The translations under genes were made by a program, and so were the position numbers. A stretch of DNA of 64,000 nt. It comes from Paragordius varius. Taxonomy: Eukaryota; Animalia; Nematomorpha. The notes beneath the pieces were generated by a model. It was given only the letters and a program-made list of their open reading frames with translations, did not search any database and was not told the origin of the DNA. The stretch spans positions 12,462,001 through 12,526,000 of the forward strand of contig OZ176053.1 of NCBI GenBank assembly GCA_964247055.1, in the 5' to 3' direction. Below, one piece after another: positions 12,779 through 26,516 of the stretch (the first letter of the stretch is position 1; each line of letters starts with the position of its first letter).

Positions 12779-15109
12779 TTAGTTGGCCCTGTCACGCTTC
12801 GCTGTAACGTAGTCTCACCGATAATTATTCCTAATAAATTTCAATAAATAGAGGTAATGGAAATAAAAAAATAATAAAAAACATATTTATTAAAAACAAT
12901 GTCTTTAAATATTCTTTTACGGGTTTTTGCATAGGCTCAAATATTGTTTATCGAAATCGACTATATTTAAACTGTCTCTAATTAAAGTTATATTCTACTA
13001 TCATTGGATTTATTTTAAGATTTTCGTTTTACGAAATCATGGTTAAAAGTTTTATTTTGAAATTGTGTTCACACAGCTGGATCAAGGGATATAAAAAGTA
13101 AATCTGTGGTCCCTTTTTAGGAAAGAATATTACACATTTTCCCCAGAAATGTGTTTACGTATGGCTTCTTATAGTGAAAATTAGCTCCAAATGTATGGCA
13201 TCTAGTTTAAAACCGCTAGACCCCTACCCATAGATCTATGTGAAAAAAGCCCTGAGTTACATTCTTTGCCTTTATGGGGCAAATATTTGGAATCATCTTT
13301 GATACCATCGTCTCATGGGTATTAAAAAAAAATACCTCCTCACTAAATAATCGTGATATGATGGTATTTTTAGGGCATAAAGGCCCCAAATTAACGGCTA
13401 GTTACGAATATTTCGAACTTTAAATGAGCTCATGTGGCATAAGTTTTAAATTAGTTCCAAAACAACGCAATTTCTGCATAGTGGCACAGTTTTTGGCGTG
13501 TAGCTTCTTATCCAAAGGCAGGTATAAAAAAGCGTCGGGCAAAATTTTTGCTTTTATCTGGAATTATCGTGTCCATATGTTCCTATAAGACTCAATTTTC
13601 TCAAATTTGGCTCCAAATGCATGCTGTATCGATATGGTGACGCAGTTTTACGCGGGTAGTCCCCTAACCAGGGGCGAAACAAAAAAACGTTCGATTTTAA
13701 TTTTTGCCTTAATTCGGGTTATACCTGGAATTATGATTGATTCCATATGCTCTTGTGAGATTTTCGAAAAAATGCCTCAAAACTAAAAAGTATTTTATGG
13801 TGGCGCATTTTTCTGGAGGGCCTAATTAAAAGGTAATTTAATAAAACCGCTCAACTTAAATTTTTGCCTTTCTACGGGTAATATTTTAAGATACTATTAA
13901 ACTTTTATGGCCTGATAAGGTTTCTAAAATTTGCCTCAAAAATCACACTGTATCGATATGTTAGCGCAGTTTTTGGCGGTAGCCCCCTACACTGAGGCCA
14001 ATATAAAATAGACGTTCGATAAAAAATTTTGCCTTTATAAGGGAATACTTGGGATCTTCATTCATTCCATATGTTCTCAATAGTTTTTGGAAAAATGGCT
14101 TCAAAACTAAATATTAGTTCAATGATAGCGCATTTTTAGGGCGTAAAGGGCCTATTTAACGGCTTTAAAAAAAACACTTGATTTAAATTTTTGCCATTTT
14201 ATGGGCAATATTTCAGGCCTTTATTAAACTTATATGGCCTGATAAGTTTTCTGAAAATTAACTCCTAAACAACTCAATTTCGATATGGTGGCGCAGTTTT
14301 AGGCGGGCAGCTCTCTTCCCAGAGGCTAATACAAAAAAAGCGCTTGATTGAAATTTTTTCATTTTACGAAGAATACTTGGAATCATGTTTCATTTCATAT
14401 GCTCTCAAGTTTGGAGAAATTGCCTCAAAGCTAAAAAATCATTCTAGGGTGGCGCTTTTTTCGGGGCGGCTAAAGAACCGCACGACCTAAATTTTTGCCT
14501 TGTTACGGGAATATTTTCGGCAGCTATTGAACTCATATGGCCTGATAGGTATTCTGATATTTAGCCCCAAAGGCACGCTATTTTTATATGACGGGTCAGT
14601 TTTAGCGGGAATCTTACCCAGCCAATATAAAATAAACGCACGACTAAAATTTTTGCCTTTAAACAGGGATAAACTAGAATCATCATTGAATTTTTACGGT
14701 CTTCTACCCTGGGCAAATAATAGATTTAAAATATTATTTTTGTGGACTTAATTATTTTGAAAAAAATGGCATACTACGGGGGGAACCGGTAAAAAGAGGG
14801 CCTAAATTAAAAAAGCGAGCCGACTATGTTAGGCGCAATCGAAAATAAGTAAAAAAAATATATTTGAAATCGAATGGTTTAACACGTTTTCGGAAAATTG
14901 TCTCAAAGAAACGATTTTTGTGGACTTTTCAAAAAAACGTTTTTTACACGGGGTGGGCCCGAATTGGAGACCTAATTTTTAAAAAAAGGCGAAGCTATTA
15001 TCGAGGCAGTCATTAATCATTTTATTTTTCGACATTTGGATTTGAATGGGTCTACCGGTTTTCCGGAAACAGATCACAAAACCAGCATTATCCATTATAA
15101 ATATATAGT
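12779..15109 (-). mobile_element. Non-autonomous Helitron, long copy with internal ~160-bp tandem array (3' end type 2)
   Basis: Minus strand ends ...gttacagcgaagcgtgacagggccaaCTAA|T (CTRR with upstream hairpin); 5' region homologous to the other copies (TC degraded to AC); about nine diverged units marked by aaatttttgccttt between ~13250 and ~14700. Confidence 0.75.
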
Positions 15110-15406
15110 TTACATTTTTTTCAATGTTTATATATAAAGACAATCGTCATATAATTTAGGAGTCAATAAAATATACTTTATCCGATAATTATATTGGGTT
15201 TAATTTTTAATATTTTCTGAAATTTTTTTTAAAGAATGTCAACCGAATTCATATCAATCGCATTAAACAATGAAAAAATTATATATAAGATTAAGGTAAC
15301 GTTCTATAATTTTGAATAATATTTCCAAATTTATTACTAATTAAATATTGATAGATCATCATTTTTTACATAGTTGATATCAGGAGAGAATTTGCATTGT
15401 AACTTT

Positions 15407-16566
15407 TCAGCTCAATTGTTGTATAACAATCAGGGCCATGAGTATAGAAAGTAACTAAAAATATATGTACAAGCAAAATTTACTGTAAGAATGCATAGTG
15501 CTATCGCTAATCCCGATAATATCACTGCTTTGGAGCGAAACAATACAACTAATTTTGGAAAACAACCCTATAATATATATATAAAGTAAAATGTTAAGTA
15601 TAAACTTGAGAATAAAAAAAGGGCATCCCTATGGCCTCAAGATTTTGACATAGCGTTTTTTGATTTATATCAGCTTTGCTATCACAACACGAAAGTGGGA
15701 TTCGATTTATTTTTTGGGCTTGGCTTTTGCTCCTAAACCAAACCGTATTTTGCCAAAAATTGTAGGAGGGCGGGACAGTGCCTTCATCGATGGCACAGCA
15801 TTTAAGCTCCTGGTGAAGGGCATCCCACGTATTAGTCCAAAACGAATTAACACCATATGCGTTTTGAGCCGTATCTATCATTTTATTTCTCGAAAGCACG
15901 GCAAACTATTTATATATATATAAACAAATTATACAGAATGTTTAAATTTACAACACAACTAAATTTGTTAAAAAAGGCGACCACTATATTTTTAGAAATT
16001 ATTTGATTAAATTGTAAAATACAAAATTGATTGTGTCACCAAAACACATCTCTAGTAAAAATCAATTATAACAATAAATAATAAGTTATATATTTTAAAA
16101 AATCAAGTTAAAACAATAAGCATATAATTTCAATTTTTATTGTAATTTATTTTAATTTTGTAAAAATCTTACCCGATTGTTAAAAACGTATCCCAGAATT
16201 CCGCCAACCAACATGACTAAGAAAACGACCATCAAAATAATTAAATACTATATACGTTAAAAGCATATTACATACTATAATTAATAGGCTTTTGATTTCT
16301 CTAAAAGCCCCAAAACAACCGAATAGCGATATAAGTATCATGAGAATGCTTGTTGCTATTAGGACATAACTTGCATTCAAGTAAAGATTAGTTCCGATAA
16401 TCTCTTTTAAATTTATGTTTGTGGTTATGGCTAAGATGCTAAGAATCAGAATAGTTATCCCACCGACCTATATACAATGATTAGATGGGTAATAACTTAC
16501 AAATAGGATAAAATTGATGATGAAAAGCATATATTTCGAAATTTGACCGCATGTATTGAGAGCCAT
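15407..16566 (-). CDS. Tetraspanin
   Basis: MALNTCGQISKYMLFIINFILF (TM1), ILISLFGCFGAFREIKSLLII (TM2-3), large loop WDALHQELKCCAID...IPLSCCD...C, GCFPKL followed by TM4, stop TGA 15407-15409. Confidence 0.88.
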
Positions 16567-19365
16567 TGGTAAGGAACAGAGAAAAAATTATATTTCTAAT
16601 ATATGCGTATAAATAGATTTAATAATAGAGAAAATCGATATTTATGCTATAAATGGATTATGGAGAGAAATGTCATTGCGCGCTATATTTGTGTGTAAAG
16701 GTAAGAGAAAGAGCCTTTGAAGGTTATATTCATTAGTTTTTTAGTTACTGTTGCTTACCTATAACGTTGATTTCCGCAAATCATTCCATAATGTGTCCTT
16801 TTATGCCAATTTTTTTTCATTACTGTTTTGATTAGTCTAATTTCATATATTATATATTATTTAGTAACAATTTACTTTTAAAACTATTAATATATCATAC
16901 AATATATACCCTGTCTTATTAAATTATGGAATATGTTTTTTTAATAATCATATGCTATGTTAAAAATATAAGGAGTGTAAAAATGCGATATAAAATTCTC
17001 TTCGAAATTTAGTATCCTTAAAACAATTGACAACAACCATAAATAATTTTGAAATGTAACTTATATCATTAAAAGCTTTGTTAGAAATAGATTCTTGGAT
17101 TTAATTGCCTATAATTACTTGGTATTAATCCTTAGGCCATATGCTTTCTTTAACCAAATAAATACGACAGAAAATCATAATCCAAATATTGGCAATGTTT
17201 GAAGCTTTTATATAAATCCTGCCTATAATCTTAGGACGATAAATTTCCCAAATTTAATATTGGATTTGTGTTTTACCAATAAATTTTTATAGGTAAAACT
17301 GAGATGTTGTGCCTTAATCTATTGGTTTATCCATAAAATATACAGTAAATTTTATAAAAAATGGAAAGATTTGTCCATAGCAACACGGTATAGAAAAATA
17401 ATTTCAAACGTTTTATCAAAAACCTTTCGACAGTAATGTAAGAATCAGAAGAATTTTCAATTAACCCTATATGTTTTGAACAAATATCAATCACTCGCTG
17501 TTTGACTATAAATTGTTTTCTGTTTAGAATAAGTAAAACATATTTCTATTGTCTCTAATCTATCAATGACAAATATTTAACATCTAACAAACTTTACAAT
17601 ATACTCCGCTCTAAATAAAGCATTTTTCAGGAGCATCATTTCCGCAACAATGCTTTACATTAATTATATCAGGGCTTCTAACCGGTTTGAAAAGTGGAAT
17701 TGGAACCGGAACCGGGGTTATTCCAATTTTAGAACCGGGTTATACCTTCAATCGGGTTTTCAGTATTATAACCATAAATAATCAATATAAGTCGAAATTT
17801 TCAAAAAAAAGAATAAATATTACTTTAAATTTTATTATTTTTACAAATTTTATCATTTTGTTAAATCTATTATAAATTTTTTCCCATTTAATGCCAGGAA
17901 TTTGTAGTTAAATTAAAATGAGAATTTCATCAACTCTTGTTAATCAAACTCTAATGATAGTCGTATTGTAAGAAGGCTAAACCATTGTATAAAAAGTAGT
18001 TGTTTGAATGAACAGAATGTGTAAATACAGGGGCTGGCGACCGCGCGCCCCATCTTCAAAAATGGAAAATTGCCAAAATTGCATCTTTAGCTGAATTTAT
18101 TGATAATGTTGTTAGATGTTATATGCATTTACTATAATATTTGTGATTTTCTTAAAATTATTTATATATCTCTAAACTCCAATACTTTCCATTTAAATAA
18201 ATTTAATTATTTTCATATAATGTTATAAATTATTTTATTTACATTCCAATACATTCAGATTGGCAGAGCCACTCTTTCATATTAGTTCGCGTAATAACGG
18301 CAAAATCACGTTTCGCAAAATATATTTAAAATTCTAAAAGATTTTTACGTGTATATAAAAGTATATAAATTTGCTATCCATCTTATTTATATTAGGGTAA
18401 AGATTAATACTAAGTTCTTTAAATCTAAAACCACCAAATAAACAGGGTTATTTTAATATACTTTACTATATAAATGCATCCACTGTAAATAATGACAGTT
18501 TTAATACGGCGTAAAAGGTCTAAAGACAGTCTTTTTATAGAGATATGGTTAGGTTTAATTAGTTTTTATCTCCATTTCCTCTGTTTATTTTTAAATTTTA
18601 TGAGAATAATTAAAGTGTAAGGGTCATAAACTATTGTAAAAAATATTTAATTTAAATTAAATGCAATAGTTTAGGTTTAGGAATTTACAATTTGAATAAA
18701 AATTTTGTATACCACTTCGTTTTACTTTCTTGTCCGAGATGACATTTGGGGCTAGCTTTCGACCCCAGAGCATAAAGCTGAATACTGTCTTGATTTTTTG
18801 GTTAAAATTAAATTATTTAAACTTCTTCTAACGTATTATTAGATAAAAAAACTTTATTGACATTTTCAATATCTAGAGTTAAAACTCCAAAAAACGAGAT
18901 AAAACAACAGCTATTATCGAATTTCTGGTATATTGTAATTTGCAGACTTTCCGAAGTTAATTATTTAAATTTTTTGACCTTATGTCTGTTGTGTTAACAA
19001 ATCACCCTTTGAGGTATTTTTATGCCCTGGAGCGAATTTTGAATGTCAAAAAGTATAGCGTGTTCAGCCAAATTTAAAATTATGCTTCCTTTAATTTTTT
19101 ATCGATAATAATGCCACAGGAAAATAAATGCATATTATCGCAAAACATGTTAATAATTAACTTAAAAAGCCCTCGCTATTATCAGAAAAAACTTATATTT
19201 TGATTTTAATATCAGTGTTTCATGTTTACGAGCTGTATCACTTTTCAGAATGTTTGATAACTTTAACTAAACTAACTTTCAAAACAAAAGTTTTTTAAAT
19301 ATCGAAGTTCTGAAATATAAACTACCTCATTATGAGAATTAGGACAAATTAAAGTCAATGAAGTG

Positions 19366-19875
19366 TTAACTTGGTTACACCACAGTCATTTCGTCCTTCA
19401 ATTTAAATTGGGGAAGTTGGATACCCCTGGCTTGTTTATAATTAAATAATTCAAAAATATGGAATAAATTTAAACAATGGCGAATTCACTTATATAATAT
19501 TTATTAATCAAAATATGAAGGATCATTCAATAATTGATATTACTTATTCAGTAAAACCAAAAGGTTAAAAATTCAACACGACATGTGTGGATAAAGGTAA
19601 ATATGAAAATAATGCCAAATATGCCACTTTTTCTTTTTATATCACTGTTATATGTGAACTAAATATTAGGTTTTAAAAATGATGCAAAAAAATAGCTTTG
19701 AAGTATTTGATATGGAACTTATTATTCAAAACAAAAATTTATTTAGATATTTCCTTATTTATATAATATTAGGAAAGAAAATTTTTGATTGGAACCGTTT
19801 CTCTCGGTGGGTTTTAAAAAATTAAACTTAAAGATTGTGTGGCGTATTTAGTTATCTCCTAAATCGAAGTGTTAA
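19366..19875 (-). mobile_element. piggyBac-type MITE, copy 2 (more decayed)
   Basis: TTAA at 19366 and 19872-19875; reverse-orientation similarity to 7994-8577 (ttggggaagttggatacccc, aatcgaagtgttaa). Confidence 0.7.
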
Positions 19876-20087
19876 AGATTAATAAAAACTTACTATTTAT
19901 ATTTTATAAAATATGCCAAAAATAATATCAGAATACATTTTTTATTGCAATGATACCCATATATAAATTAAAATTTATTTGGCAGAATATAATTATCAAA
20001 AAAATATACCCTAAAGTTTTGTAAAATGTTTGCTTTATACTTAATTTTGCATAAAATATTTTAATATTATATTGGTTAATTTGTTAA

Positions 20088-20106
20088 CCAATCATATACG
20101 ACCAAC
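20088..20106 (+). promoter_or_regulatory. ER stress element (ERSE-like CCAAT-N9-CCAAC) upstream of BiP
   Basis: CCAAT catatacga CCAAC, ending 78 nt before the BiP ATG; an inverted CCAAT (ATTGG) at 20071-20075. Matches the ERSE variant form known from the mammalian GRP78 promoter. Confidence 0.55.
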
Positions 20107-20183
20107 TACACAAATTAAATTTCTACATTTAACACACACGTTTTTGCTCTAATCTCCCCAAAAAATATAATTTTGTATCCAAA

Positions 20184-22271
20184 ATGATTTTACGCTTACT
20201 TATATCCTTGTTTTTAGTAAGTTTGGTCAAACTTGAAGAGGAAAAGCCCGGGAAAGCCGTTGGAATTGATTTAGGAACTACATATTCATGGTTTATTAAA
20301 ATATAATTTTTAGTGTTGGAGTTCATACAAATGGTCAAGTCCAAATCATAGCCAATGATCAAGGAAATAGAATCACACCTTCCGTCATCGCTTTTCTTGA
20401 TGATGGAACCCGATTGATTGGAGATGGTGCGAAAAATCAATTGAGCGAAAACCCAGAAAACACTATATGGGACATAAAAAGAATAATTGGAAGGAATTTT
20501 GACGATAAAACTGTTCAGAAAGATATGAAATACTTTCCATATACAGTTAAAATTTTATTCTAAATTGTTTTAGATTAAAGAGAAAAATGGCAAACCTTCA
20601 ATAGTTGTGAAAATGAAAAATGCCGAAAAAACATATACTCCCGAAGAAATATCTGCAATGATTTTAACAAAAATGAAAGAAACGGCAGAAAATTACTTGG
20701 GAACGCCGGTTACAAAAGCTGTCATTACGGTACCTGCTTATTTTAACGATGCTCAACGTCAGGCTACCAAAGACGCAGGGACCATTGCCGGTTTAACCGT
20801 TTTGCGTATCATAAATGAGCCAACGGCAGCGGCCTTAGCCTATGGTTTGGACAAAAAGGAAGGCGAAAAAAACATTTTGGTGTTTGATTTGGGTGGTGGA
20901 ACATTTGACGTTTCTATCCTCACCATCGATAACGGAGTTTTTGAGGTCCTTGCCACGAACGGCGATACACATTTGGGCGGAGAAGATTTTGATCACAATG
21001 TCCTGGATTACTTTATCAAGGAATTTAAGAAAAAGACCGGCAAGGATATATCTGGCAACAACCGTGCCGTTCAAAAGCTTAAACGGGAAGTCGAAAAGGC
21101 TAAGCGAGCCCTCAGTAGTCAACACCAAGTTAAGATTGAAATTGAGTCTTTGTTTGAGGGCGAAGATTTTTCCAGCACCTTAACTCGTGCCAAATTCGAG
21201 GAACTAAATATGCAACTCTTCCGTTCTACCTTAGTCCCTTTGCAAAAAGTGCTAGAAGATGCCGATCTAAAAAAGAAAGATATTGATGATATTGTGCTTG
21301 TTGGTGGTTCCACCCGCATCCCCAAAATCCAACAACTCGTCAAAGACTTTTTCAATGGGAAAGAACCATCTCGTGGTGTGAACCCGGATGAAGCCGTGGC
21401 TTTTGGGGCCGCCATTCAAGCCGGAGTGTTAAGTGGGGAGAAGGGAACTACGGGCGATGTTGTGCTTTTGGATGTCAATCCACTCACCTTGGGTATCGAA
21501 ACTGTGGGTGGCGTCATGACCAAATTGATTCCAAGGAATACAGTCATCCCCACCAAAAAGAGTCAAGTCTTTTCCACTGCCGCTGATAATCAAAATACTG
21601 TCACTATTCAGGTATTTGCACTGTTTCCTATGTCTTAGCTCTATGGGTTTATATTCTTGTATAAATTTTGATTATTTTAGGTGTTTGAAGGGGAACGACC
21701 AATGACAAAAGATAACCATTTATTGGGCAAATTTGATTTGACTGGAATACCACCTGCCCCTCGTGGTGTTCCCCAAATTGAGGTCACTTTTGAAGTCAAT
21801 GCTGATGGTATTTTAGTCGTTTCGGCTGAAGACAAAGGTACTGGCAAATCAGAAAAGATTACAATTAACAATGATCAAAACCGTTTGTCACCTGATGACA
21901 TTGAAAAAATGATAAAAGAGGCCGAACGCTTTGCCGACGAGGACAAGAAAAACAAAGAACGCGTCGATAGCCAAAACGAACTTGAATCCTATGTCTACAG
22001 TCTCAAAAATCAGTTGGCTGAGAAGGGTGATGACAAACTCAGTGCTAAAATTAGTGCGGAGGACAAATCGGCCCTGGAAAAGATTGTTTCTGAAACGATA
22101 ACTTGGATCGATTCCAATAAACAAGCAACGACTGAGGAATACAAGGAAAAGAAGAAAGCCGTTGAAGAAATTGCCCAGCCCATAGTTGCTAAATTGTATG
22201 GCGGAGGAGCTGGTGGCCCGCCCCCTACTCAAGCCCCCAAAGAAGATGAAGAAGATCATGATGAATTATAA
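20184..22271 (+). CDS. HSPA5: ER chaperone BiP/GRP78 (Hsp70)
   Basis: Signal peptide [61 protein letters not shown]-terminal HDEL. Introns 20291-20313 (23 nt), 20546-20573 (28 nt), 21612-21680 (69 nt). Confidence 0.98.
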
Positions 22272-24010
22272 GATAGATGTCTGTTTTTTCCGTTTATCAC
22301 TCCTTTCTTTCCATTTGTAAATATAATGATTGATTGATTGTTTTTATATATATACATAATACATTCTGATTTCCAAAATAGCTCAATAAATTATTTCCAC
22401 ACACACAGACACACACTATATGTGTTTGATAATAAATTTGTATATATATAATGTTTTAGTTTCAGTTACTAATATTAGATAATTGAAGTTTAGTGTGCTT
22501 AATAAAGTTGCTGTTAATATAAGCTAAGGGGAATCTTTAATCCTAGTTTGCGGTTCCAACAAATATCTTCGCGGTTTAAATATTTTGGTTTTTATTTATT
22601 TGAGCCCGATTTCCATATATATTCCATAATATCGTAAATTTTGATTGAAATCCAATTTTTTATTTTTTAAAGATTTTTAAATCTTGGATATCCTGATCTA
22701 AATATTATACATATGATTTTTTTATTAACAAAAAGGTTTTAAAAACAATTTATTTTATACATGTGAAAACACAGCGTGTCAAAACTCTAAATTTCTATTA
22801 TGCTTTAGAGAGCAAGGGGTTTTGAAAATAAAATGCAAAAAAGAAGGCAGTTTACACCGCCCTCATTTATTTCATGGCATTATACAATAGTTAAAAAAAA
22901 TTCATCTTTCAATTTTGTCACGTTTTATTCGGATGAACTTTAAAAGAGCCTGATAAATTTTGGCGTTAACTTATGCGTTCAAATTATATTTTACAAATTT
23001 AAATTTTAGTTTGAAATATGCCTTTTTACTCAAACATTCTTTAGAATTTTTTATTGGCTTTATAAAAAGCGCAGTTATAACGGTGTCACCTTCAAAAATC
23101 ATTGATTTGTTACCTTTTTGGGGGATTTCGAATATATTTTTTTCTCTTTTTAATATTTTTTTATAAACCATTGATACCAGGGTTTACAACTCTAACTTTG
23201 TTTTTAATATGATTGATTCCAATTATTAGATGTTTCTACTAGTAAATTTTAACCATCATATTTCATAGATAAAATCGGTATAAGTTAATTATATAGTAAG
23301 AAAAATTTGTGAAAATTATTGATCTAACTTATTATACTACAAAGGGGCAAAACTTCTCCGACGATTTGCCAGGAAACACGGGAAAAGGAATACATTAGAT
23401 TTATTACAAACTGAAATTTTCCAAAAATTTTATTATTTAGCATAATAAAAATACCGAGGAAAAATTATTATTATTTTTTAATTATTAAATTTAGCACACA
23501 GGCTATAAATTTTGATTACCTTACAATCTTTTTAAAATATTTTGCGCGACCAAGTTTTACAAAAATTTCGTTAAAATAATAATCTGATTTGAAGTAAAGC
23601 ATTTAAATTAAATTAGGCCAATCCATCGTCATCAAATATGTAGTAAAAGAAAAAAGTGTTTTTTTGCCGTGTCTGCTAATTACCTTAAACGTTCCAACAA
23701 AAGTTTCAAATTTGAATCTATAAAATATGCGTTTTTTCGTAATAAATAATTTTAATATAAAACTCAGTCCAGCAAATCTCCAATGTTTGATGACAAATTT
23801 TACAAAAAAGCGGTTGAAATCGCGGGATATAATAAATATCTTGAAAAAATATATATTCTCTGATGATACTTTTAGGTTTAGGCCTACGGGTGATTTGTTA
23901 ATATAAGCATTTTTGCAGTAATTGCTCCGTATAAACAATCGCTTTTGACATATTATGCTAAATATAATTTTAAAAGCTAAATCTGTTTTTTTTAAAAATT
24001 TATAAATATA

Positions 24011-25137
24011 CTAGCGTAAATCTCGTGCTGCTACGCAGCCCGAGGAAGTCCTTCGGACTCTGGGGGGGTTTCGAAGTTTGGATTTGAATGGGTCTACTGG
24101 TTTTCCGGTACCAGATCAGAAAGTGACTGAGAAATCAGTTTTTAGCGGGTAGCTCCTTACCCAACAGCTATCATCAAAGAAATTTGCCTTTTAACAGGGA
24201 ATACGTGGAATCCATATTGAATTTTTACGGTCTCATACCTAGGGCGAAAAATAGATTTAAAAAATTATTTTTGTGGACTTGGTTTTTTGAATAAAATGGC
24301 ATTTTACGGGGGGAGCGGGTAAAAAGAAGGCCTAAATCAAAACAGTGACTCGAATATGTTCGGCGCAATCGAAAATAAGTAAACAAAAATCATATTTGAA
24401 ATCGAATGGTCCAACACGTTCTCCAAAAAATTGACTTAACCCATTTTTCACACGGGGTAGGCCCGAACTGGGGACCTAATTCCAAAAAAGCGCGATGCTA
24501 TTGTCGGGGCATTCATTAATGATTATATTTTTTTGATATTTGGATTTGAATGGGTCTAACGGTTTTCCGGTACCAGATCAGAAAGTTACATGAGGAATCA
24601 GTTTGTAGCGGGTAGCTCCTTACCCACCAGCTATCATCAAAGAAACGCCTGACTAAAATTTTTGCCTTTTAACTGGGGGGAATACGTGGAATCTTTTACG
24701 AATTTTTACAGTCTCATAGCTTGGGCAAAAATATACAATCAAAAAAATATTTTTGTGGACTTTGTTTTTTTTTTGAAAAAAATGGCATTTTACGGGGGGA
24801 GCGGGTAAAAAGAGGGCCTAAATCAAAAAAGTGACTCGACTATGTTCGGCGCAATCGAAAATAAGTAAACAAAAATCATATTTGAAATTGAATGGTCCAA
24901 CACGTTCTCCGGAAAATTGTTTCAAAAACACGATTTTATGGACTTGTGTTTTCAAAAAAACCCGTTTTTCATACGGGGTGGGCCCGAACTGGGGGCCTAT
25001 TTCAAAAAAAGGGCGAAGCTATTGTCGGGACATTCATTAATGATTATATTTTTTCGAAGTTTGGATTTGAATCGGTCTACCGGTTTTCCTGTACCAGATC
25101 ACAAAGCCAGCATTTTCCATTTTTATAAATATATAGA
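24011..25137 (-). mobile_element. Non-autonomous Helitron (3' end type 1) with internal tandem ~480-bp units
   Basis: Minus strand A|TCTATATATTTATAAAAATGG ... gagtccgaaggacttcctcgggctgcgtagcagcacgagatttacgCTAG|T: 5'-TC, 3'-CTAG, A|T target, subterminal hairpins, no TSD. Confidence 0.88.
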
Positions 25138-25896
25138 TTTTATTATTGTTGTTGTTGTTGTTGTTGAGCTTGTAGTCGGTTATCGACCATTAGCGATTTT
25201 GTAGGAAAACCTCCTCCATTCGGTTCTGTCGTGAGCTTTTTGAGATAGTTTTTGCAATGACAATTTGGAAAGTGATAAGATTTCGTCTACCCAGCGAATA
25301 CGTCTGCGTCCTCTTCCTCTCTTACCATTTACTTTTCCTAACATAATATCCTTTTCCAAAGAATTGCCCCGAATAATGTGTCCAAAGTAACCGAATTTTT
25401 GTTTCATTATTTTACCCCGAAGCGTTGTTTGTGCGTTAATTTTATTTACAATATCGATATTCTTTATTTTGTCCTTCCATGTTATACCAAGTATCTTTCT
25501 CCAGCAAAACATTTCAAACGCGTTTATTCTTTTTTCGTCTTCACTTTTGATAGTCCAGCTTTCACACCCGTATAACATGATAGGAAAGATTAATGCATTT
25601 ACTAGTCGGATTTTTGTTTTAAGGGTTATGTCATGAGATTTCCATAACTTGTAGTGTGAGGATAGAGCGCATTTGGCGATAGCTATGCGTCTTCTTATTT
25701 CTTGGGAACTGGAGCTTAAGTTGTTGATAATGCTTCCAAGGTATGTGTATTCGTTGACTACTTGAATTGTTTCGCCATTAATCCGAAGCGAGTTATAGGA
25801 ATGAGGGGAGTTGATATGTAAAATTTTAGTTTTGTTGAGGTTTAATGTAAGATTGTATTTTTTGAGGTTTAATGTAAGATTGTATTTTTTGCACAT
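25138..25896 (-). mobile_element. 5'-truncated RTE-BovB-like LINE (RT C-terminus plus (CAA)n tail)
   Basis: 238-aa ORF with YTYLGS, EIRRRIAIAK, MLYGCESWT, INAFEMFCWRKIL, YFGHIIR, MLGKVNGKRGRGRRRIRWVDEI; minus-strand tail caacaacaacaa. Confidence 0.9.
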
Positions 25897-26516
25897 TTAT
25901 TTATAGATTTTGGTCGCTCACTCGAAATTTTGGACCCTTTAGGCAAATTGCAATTTTGGCTATTAAAGCCGGTTAAACAAACTATAAAAACTGAGTCGAT
26001 AATAGTTTTCATGCATCGAATTTTGTAGCAAAAATTATAATGAAAAATATTACAGTAGATCGCTTTGGTGTGCAAATTATATTGTTTTGTCCTGATATAT
26101 AAATATATATATTCTGATCGAACAATATATCAGGATTCTCATGGTGCTTTTGGGTTTAAGAAACGATTTTATGGTTGTAGCTTGAAAATCGAAAAAATAG
26201 AGCACATGTTTTGAAACGCTAATGCTTTATTCCAAAAATATCATTAAAATTTATGATATATTTAAAATAATAAAATATTTTGATAAAGATCATTAAATTA
26301 TATAGACAAGTGTTATAAAATATCTCAAGTGCATGCTTAAAATATTATAAAATTCGCTCGCCCAAATTTGCTAAAATTATATTTTTAGACAAAATATTCA
26401 TTTTTTCGGATATTTTACTATCAGAATATTTTAAAATCTTTACGCAATCTCTATTTTTTCGAATTTTTTTATATCAGAATATAATTAAGAATCTTTATCT
26501 GCCCTTTCGCCTTTAT

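Noticed and set aside
17670-17780. CAGGGC start with aaccgg repeats suggesting a hAT MITE
   Set aside because: No matching right TIR with an 8-bp TSD found.
20129-22259. Several 60-120 aa ORFs antisense or frame-shifted to BiP
   Set aside because: Shadow ORFs of a GC-richer, highly conserved CDS; no recognisable motifs.
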